A stretch of DNA of 64,000 nucleotides from assembly GCA_964016885.1 (NCBI GenBank), contig OZ024740.1, forward strand, positions 344,410,001 through 344,474,000. Direction: 5' to 3'. The stretch is from Eledone cirrhosa. Taxonomy: Eukaryota. Each line of letters starts with the position of its first letter. The stretch's first letter is position 1. The translations under genes were made by a program, and so were the position numbers. The notes below the pieces were generated by a model. It saw nothing but the letters and a program-made list of their open reading frames with translations. It was not told where the DNA came from and made no database searches. This document shows, piece by piece, positions 54,661 to 64,000 of this stretch.

Positions 54661-56429
54661 AAATATATATATATATATATATATATACACACGTAAATAA
54701 GACCGTTATTTAACATGGGTAAACATTCAGGTGAATAAACTTATATCAACAATGTTTCAAGCTCAATTTTGTCCTGTGTCGAGTTCTGTTTGTTCAAGTT
54801 ACCTTCTCAGCTTTAGTGTTATTGAACCCAAACCTCCGTTTACAACTAGAATAATCTTGTTATATTAAACTTCTATCGACAATATCAATCTTCAAGTCAT
54901 TACATTTGGTTACTTCCTCAAGATTTTGATTTGGTCACCTGATTATGCATATCAATAATATGGCATTTATCCGTATTCCTGTGCACCACTACAGGGTCCA
55001 GTAAAGAAAGTTCACATACTTCACACGTTCAATGTGTGAAATATGGGAGGCTTTTTCTGCCGTACCCTGTACAATTGTTACCCAGGAGATATATTTTAGG
55101 CCAAGAAACAATAATTTACAATATGTGTCCCTACTCTTTACACTTTGACTTCAAAAAACGCTGAGGTAATTTTGCCACTCATAAATAAATACTGGAGTCT
55201 ATGTAAATCGACAAACATTTCGAGAGAATTTCTTACATTGTGTCTAAGCTAGCAAATTTATTATTATTAAGATCAAAATCATACAGGCTGCAGGGTTAGT
55301 TTGCTATTTCCATAGCCCTTCATAGGTATTTCAAAAATTAATTGTCATTTTATCAAAATGAAAGAAAAAGCATCAATAGAAAACGAACAGAGACAACAAA
55401 ATAAATCTTAAGGTACGGCAGAAGACATGACCGATGGAAATATGATGTATGAAAGGGAAGAACATTGGAGGAATATTTAAATAAATTACTCATTCAGGAA
55501 GAATGACGAGAGGTTATGTTTATGAAATTGTATATTTAAACAAGCTGTTAAATCTCTTAATGAATTCCTGATTGATTTAATTATGCATGCTTGGTCACGT
55601 AACTCCTGATGGAGTCGTACGGGTGCAATATCGATATACGGCATGACTAGAGCATTTTTAAACCTGCCGGAGCCCATTCACCTCTATGTTTGAATAGAGC
55701 TAGAAAGATGAAAGGCACAGTTTACCTCGGTGAAAATTGAACTCAGTGAGGGGAGGACCGAAACGCATGCCGCAAATCATTCTATCCGACAAACTAATGA
55801 CTCTGCCATATAGTTTAACAGCAAAAAAAAAAAAAAAAATGTTGAGTGAATGAGAAAAATAGGAAAAAAGAAAAAGAGAAGTTATTTTTTAAGAAAAAGT
55901 ATATATACTAGTGTTAATAGAGAATACAATTCTATTTTTATGCTCATAATTATGTTTACGATTTAATTAGAATATTATTAGCAATTAGTTAATTCTATTA
56001 GTTTACAGTACATGCACAACAATTAATTCTTAAACGTAATTCACGAAGCATTTCTCGCAACTACAATATATATTTGCAATCAAGATGTTAAAGTTGAAGT
56101 TTGCTTCAATTAAAACATGAATCTATAGATGAATATTTCATTAAGGGTATGCTAAATGTAATCAACAGTATACAAAGTAGAAAAGGGTCAAGTTTTAATT
56201 AGTTCAGTAGGGAAGTTATGAACTTGAATAATTTATTTTTTTGCTTTTACAGCGAAAGGAAAGTGACGTAAATGAAATATAAAATTCCCCATGTGGAATT
56301 CTCATACGAAAAAAGAAAAAAAAAATGAAATTTAGATAATTGAAATAAAATAAATTTATCCTAGATTCTAAATGCATTGGAACATATTTTAAAGTGTGGG
56401 ACTCAGAATCTCCCTCTTCCGAAATAAAG

Positions 56430-57362
56430 GCCAAGAGCCAATAAGTACAGAACGGAGGAGCGAGGACACTTTTGACAGAGTGAACACGTTACGTGAAACG
56501 GTTCCAAAAGTGGCCTTTTAGTTTGAACACTGAGTAGATGCCGTTGTGCAGTGCAGCGATCCAGCTTCTGAAGACGGGACTGAAACCTAGTGATTTCAGG
56601 ACAGCCCCCACGTTTCGTTGGCTCACGCTATTCAACCAAATTGATCGAGACACCGAAGCCTGGTTTACTCACTATTCTCTCTATGATGTGTCGCATGAGG
56701 TGGATGCTGTCGTGTATGGACCTGGTCAGGATTGAGCAATTTTGCACCTTCCCCAACAGAAAATTGACGTTAAAATCTTGACCAAAATATTAAAATCTTT
56801 TGAGCAGACATATGGACCAAAAATTATCAACGTTGTCTGTCTTGTTTCCCTTTGTTCTCATAGGCTTAACTCCAGCCCGACTCACATAAATGGGAATTTT
56901 CCCATTCTCCTACCAGTTGAAGTTGAGAGATTCAAGGACATCGGAAAACCAGAGGAGCATAACTATTGAAGCTCGTAGGGCAGATCATTCAAATTGGACC
57001 AATTGAGCTTTGTACAGCCTGTTAGGGCATCTCGTTCCTCGGCAATCTGCATCAGTAGGCAATCAAAATAAGAACTGCCGGGCGCTACCGTCTCCTACCA
57101 CCCGCTCACCCCGAACAGTTGCGCATAATGCCGCTGAAAGTCTGATAACATCTGCTTGGGATCCTGCAACACTTGTCCATTTCGGTCCATCATGGATCGA
57201 ATTGTTGTTTTTTGCCACGCTGCAACTCTGCCACTCGGGACATTTAACAGCTTTCGGTCCTTCGTTTCATAGATCACATACCATAAGTTCTGACAATGCA
57301 ACCTTCGTGTTTTGCGTTGAATAAATGGTCTAGTGCCATTCTCGCCTCTACGCCTTGGCATT
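56430..57362 (-). mobile_element. Tx1/L1-clade LINE ORF2 fragment (linker plus RT N-terminal part)
   Basis: IRSMMDRNGQVLQDPKQMLSDFQRHYAQLFG; PYEL; DFNILVKIL; TRSIHDSIHLMRHIIE. Confidence 0.8.
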
Positions 57363-57370
57363 GCAAGCGA

Positions 57371-57494
57371 ATTTATAGCATTTAGTAAAGAAATAGCGAT
57401 AGTTAATAGTTAAATTAGAAGAGGCGATTATCATAATCGCCTTTTCTTATTTAACTACTAACTATCGCTATTTCTTTACTAAATGCTATTAATT
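57371..57494. repeat. ~125-bp palindrome
   Basis: TAGCATTTAGTAAAGAAATAGCGATAG...GGCGATTAT c ATAATCGCC...CTATCGCTATTTCTTTACTAAATGCTA. Confidence 0.9.
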
Positions 57495-58334
57495 CTACTC
57501 AAATCGCTCTCTTGAGAGCGCCCCACCACCTGTTGTTGACGACAACCCCCGACAATTTATGCTTAACTAATGAGGCAATCCCTTCGCTGTAGGTTCGCCC
57601 TAATGTCTTTATAGGTTTCAAGGGACATATGCACCATCATTATATTTTGAGGCTCTTTAAATGTACTGGTGCCAAAAATCTCCCCGCCTCTCTCAATATG
57701 TTTTACTTCGTGCTGTCAGGGCCATCAATTCTTTTTTAGTCCTCATCACTAGCACGCAGTATGGTGTCTGTGTAGTTGGTTATTGTTTTTGCGTGTGTGT
57801 TCTTTTTGTGGGTATTTGCGGCTGTGGTAGTGTTGGTTTTGCTGGTGATGGTTTGCTTTGACGGATTGGATACTTTTGGGTTTGGTGGTGATGCAGACGT
57901 CTGTATTTGTTGTTGGTGTATGTTTTCTGTGTTTTATAGAGTGTGTTGGTCTGGGCCAATTTGATTACTGGCGTGTGTGTGTGTGTGCGTTTGCGTTGTT
58001 GCCAGTTGGATTTTTTGGCTCTCCACTCAGCTTCTCTTCGAGAGGAGGTGGGACTGATGTCTATGGATTATGTCTCTAATAGGGATGAGAGTGTGTTTCT
58101 ATTTGTGTGTCTGTGGATGCTTGTTTATAGAAGAGACAGATAGAGATGAGGAGAGGGTGCGTGAGAAACCCTGGATGTTTTCTCCGTTGTCTTTTATTGG
58201 AGTTGTGGTGGGGCTTCTGCTGCCGCTGTTAATGTTATTGTTGGTGAACATGTTGTTTCTAGTTTTGGTATTGTTGTTATACATATGAAAATAAATTGAA
58301 AATGCTATTTGTCTTTAATAAGATTTATTAATAA

Positions 58335-58375
58335 TAACTTTACCGGTTTCATGTTTGAATGATTTTCAAAAGTTA
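58335..58375 (-). ncRNA. Minimal hammerhead-like motif with U3:A8 core
   Basis: TAACTT-TTGAAAA-TCATTCAAACAT-GAAA-CCGG-TA-AAGTTA; weak stem II. Confidence 0.55.
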
Positions 58376-58750
58376 AGTGAGATGGAGTGATGTATGGCTA
58401 TGTGGCGATGTGTCACGAATCTCTTTTGCCTGAAATTTCATTCCGTTTTATGCAAAAAGTAGCTGAGATTGTTATCTGTTTAAAGTACAATTGGATTGGT
58501 TGTGGAGCTTCACATGATTAGGTATAGAGTTATGTACCTTTTTAAGCCAAAAATTGATGATCACGTGAATAGCAATAGAGTTTTTGCAGTTGATTTTGTG
58601 CTAAAAATTGGGAGTGTCATGGTTCAGTGAACGTGGCTAGTGACAATTTCAAAAGGAATTCAAGTTTATTTATTGTGTCAGGTAGTCAAGTCTGTCTAGT
58701 GGCAACCCCCACTCCGCCCAATTTTGTTTAATATTAAGATTATTTGTATA

Positions 58751-58805
<55 letters not shown>

Positions 58806-59239
58806 GTGCGTGTGTGCGTGCGTGTGTGCCTGTGTGTGTGTGCGTGTCTGCGTGTGTGCGTGAGTGAGTAGAAATGGTTGTTTTTGTTTTCTGCTTTGTT
58901 GGAATAATAAAATAAAATAAAATAATAATAATAATCATTCAATCAGAAAGATGAACAAGCATTGTTCATGAGTTTGAGTGTCAGTGGAGTAATTTGACCC
59001 TTACTCCGTTCGGGTAAAGAGGGTCATATGGTAAAAATTATAGTGGTCATTGTATTTATAATAGTTCCATTACCATGAACAAACATGATACTAGTGTGTG
59101 TGTGTGTGTGTGTGCGCGTGTGTGTGTGTGTCTGTGTGTCTGTGTGCCTGTCTGTCTGTCTGTCTGTCAGTTTGTGTGTGATAGCCCTACGCAAATGTTT
59201 CTTGGAGTTTCTTCAGACGTACTTCATATTTTTTATAAA

Positions 59240-59480
59240 TCTCCACAGGCACGCAGCTGGATAACAATAGCGTGCGCATCGGCTTTTCCTTGAGGCTTGG
59301 CCTCCGGATCAGCGAGCCACACCAATATCGCTGTGGATCCCCCGTGGACTCTTTCGGCCTCCATCCGCTTTCCTGTCACCAAAGTGCCGGCCGCCTTCCA
59401 CGCCATGCTGCCCTCAACGAGGTCATAAACATGGCTTGGATGCTGCAGGCTTCCCTTCACAGCTCGAGCCGGTGGGGCTC
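59240..59480 (+). mobile_element. CRE-clade non-LTR fragment (zinc knuckle region)
   Basis: LRLGLRISEPHQYRCGSPVDSFGLHPLSCHQSAGRLPRHAALNEVI. Confidence 0.7.
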
Positions 59481-59489
59481 GAAATATGT

Positions 59490-60780
59490 TTGTTCTGATT
59501 TAAATGTATCCAGTGTGACTTTAATGAGGTTAGTGAAGGTTCTACAATTAGGCGGCCACACTTTGTGACTGTTTATGTTGAGTTTGTGGTGAGTAATTTG
59601 GCGTGGGTGAGTATATTTTTATAAGATTTTGGTTGTCTTTGATTATTTTGTGTTCGAAGGGTTTATTTTTCCTTGTTGGGTCTTGTCTCAATAGTGGGAG
59701 ATTCATGTGGACAGTTTTGTATGCTTCTGTATTTCTTAGTTTGTGGGTTGAGATATAGGATAGAGTATTGGACGTAACTGAAGTGGGTTTTTCTTTGTAA
59801 TATTTTTATATCCTTTGCTTTGGCACGTTCCATTCTGTTGTCAGCTAATATTGATGGGTACTGATTTCAGAGTAGGATTTTGAAAAATGCTTTGAGTATT
59901 TTATCCGCTGTTTCATAATTTAAGATTACTGTGCCGATTCCTTTCGCTAGATTAAATAGAGTATTTAGTTTCGTGTGACTTTGATGTGGAAAACATGTAT
60001 TGTTTAGAATCCGTTAGTTTGAGTTGGCTGTCAGTTTCAATGTTTGTGTCTTTCTATGATGAGAATGTCCAGGATTTGCAGTTTGTCTTTACTATATTCC
60101 GTTGTATATTGGATATTATTTTTGATTCTGTTAATTAACGTCTTGAATTCCTTGAGTTGTTCGAATGTCTGCGTCCATAGCGTAAGTCAGTTGTTATCCA
60201 AGTAGCGTTACCAATTGTCTAGCAAACATTTCTAGAAATTCAAGCTACAGTTTAATTTATATGGTTCATATATCTGGACTTCCAGGTATTACATCACTAA
60301 ATCCGTGTAAATCGAAGCAAATTTTGTACCCATCGCAGTACCTGATATTTGTTTGTAAATATTACCATTAAAATCAAATCAAATATTTTGTAAAAATAAT
60401 TGTAGTCCCTCGGTGATGAAACTTTTTTCTATTCTTTCGGTGGTTTCATTAGAAAAGTTTTCGAGCTCCAATCCGAGCTCAAGTGCGTAATGGTGCGGGA
60501 TCATAATGTACAGGTCTATTACGTCAAAAGATACAACAATAATGTCTCTGTTGACATTTTAGGTAGGTGGGTTAAGAGGTCCATGTCATCTTCGATATCG
60601 CTCGGTATGTATTTGAGAATTGGTTTCAGTAACATGTCTATAATATTACTGAGTGTGTATTTAATGATTTGGGCCCGCTACAATTGGTCTTGATAAAGAT
60701 CGTTAGGGTATTATATGCTTACACAGGCATCGTTAATCATTTCACTCTTGTGGAGTTTGGGAATTCCTTAAAGATTGTGT
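59490..60780 (-). mobile_element. Decayed PLE RT
   Basis: GIPKLHK, RPIVAGP, SFDVIDLY, IYKQISGTAMGTKFASIY, RYLDN; many stops and frameshifts. Confidence 0.8.
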
Positions 60781-61243
60781 GTATATATATATATATATAG
60801 ATATATATATATATATATATATATAAAATAAAGTAAAATATGATTCCAGTTCCTCAGTGAAATAACAACCCAACCGAACTGGGCATATCAGAGTATTGAC
60901 AAAATTATACACCTCAACAACATATGTACTTGTCTATACCATACTAATTCGGACTGCCTGAATAGGTCACAGCCAAAGATGGCTGTCACCGAAATATATA
61001 TAGCAGCAATAAACGAAGCTAAATTTTAAACCTTTGACTTTTTATTTTACTTTATTTTACATTAATCCGGAGTAACCAAACCAACCTGCGCACTTCGTCG
61101 AGTGCTCCAGCCTGCATACTGAGGTGTTGGTATACAACCAACATATACTCAATATATATATATATAAATATATATGCGTGTGTGTGTATTGAGGAGTGTC
61201 TGAGAAACTATGGCTCTGCAAACACACATATATATATTTAAAC

Positions 61244-63420
<2,177 letters not shown>

Positions 63421-64000
63421 CGATTGAGGGCTAGTTATATATATATATATACTGCGGCTCGCCTATCGGTCGCTGTCTTCAATTTGCAAAGCTGTCTAAA
63501 CGTAATGTTATAACTCTAAGGTAATATACCTTATTGAGTGCTTAGCTGCACATCCCGATTGCATTCGTTAGCTTCGCTGCACCCAGAGCTTCGATTATGC
63601 TGTACTAAATTGTGTATATATATATAACCCACAATGGGATCTGATTCACCTGTTTTTTCTCCTTTTTTTCCCTTTCCTCTTTCTTCCTCTCTCATCACCC
63701 CCTTTCCCCCTTTGTTCTTCTTCCTCTTTTCCCTCTGTTCTCTCTTTTTTTCTCTCCCTTTTCTCATCTTTTCCTGCTGGCCTTTTGATTAAGAAAAGGC
63801 CTCGAGCGCACCCGATTGCTACAAATTTCCTGTAAATAAGCGCCGAAACATCTGGTTCGCGATTTTACAGCTGATGAAGGATTCTTTGTTCAATTTCTTC
63901 TTTTCCCTCTGTTCGCTCTTTTTTTCTCTCACTTTTCTCCTCTTGTTCCGTCCTAACTACCATCGTAAATCTTGATTTTTGTAACCACACAGCTCCTTTC

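Noticed and set aside
56742-56800. Plus-strand DVKILTKIL suggesting a micro-inversion in the Tx1 RT
   Set aside because: The minus strand already reads DFNILVKIL in the right position; the plus-strand match is coincidental.
63840-63890. GAAAC...CTGATGA suggesting a permuted (type II) hammerhead
   Set aside because: Stems I and II cannot be paired convincingly.

Overview
AT-rich, microsatellite-dense eukaryotic DNA. The SINE repertoire and (TA)n/(CA)n/(GA)n density suggest an octopus or other coleoid cephalopod (inference). No intact host gene is evident; most ORF-track calls are microsatellite translations. Main content: (1) A nearly full-length but frameshifted Penelope-like retroelement (PLE; RT + GIY-YIG) at 24-5448, with tandem pseudo-LTRs and a 5' inverted arm. 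(2) Further PLE, RTE, Tx1/L1, R4-like and CRE-like LINE remnants, and many tRNA-derived SINEs with a Meta-like core. (3) The most striking feature: about 29 type I hammerhead ribozyme (HHR) motifs in about 12 sequence families, read by eye, some intact and some degenerate. Many lie in non-coding 320-470 bp tandem monomers (retrozyme-like). Most of these insertions share one architecture: tandem sense repeat, an inverted copy on the 5' side, and (TA)n flanks. Two unrelated monomer families place an octamer (ATGCAAAT) about 90 nt upstream of the HHR core, reminiscent of newt satellite-2 / snRNA-type promoters. Several HHRs have unusual cores (CAGUUGA, U3:A8, CCGAAGA) or a large branched stem II. 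All folds and coordinates were derived by hand and need computational confirmation.
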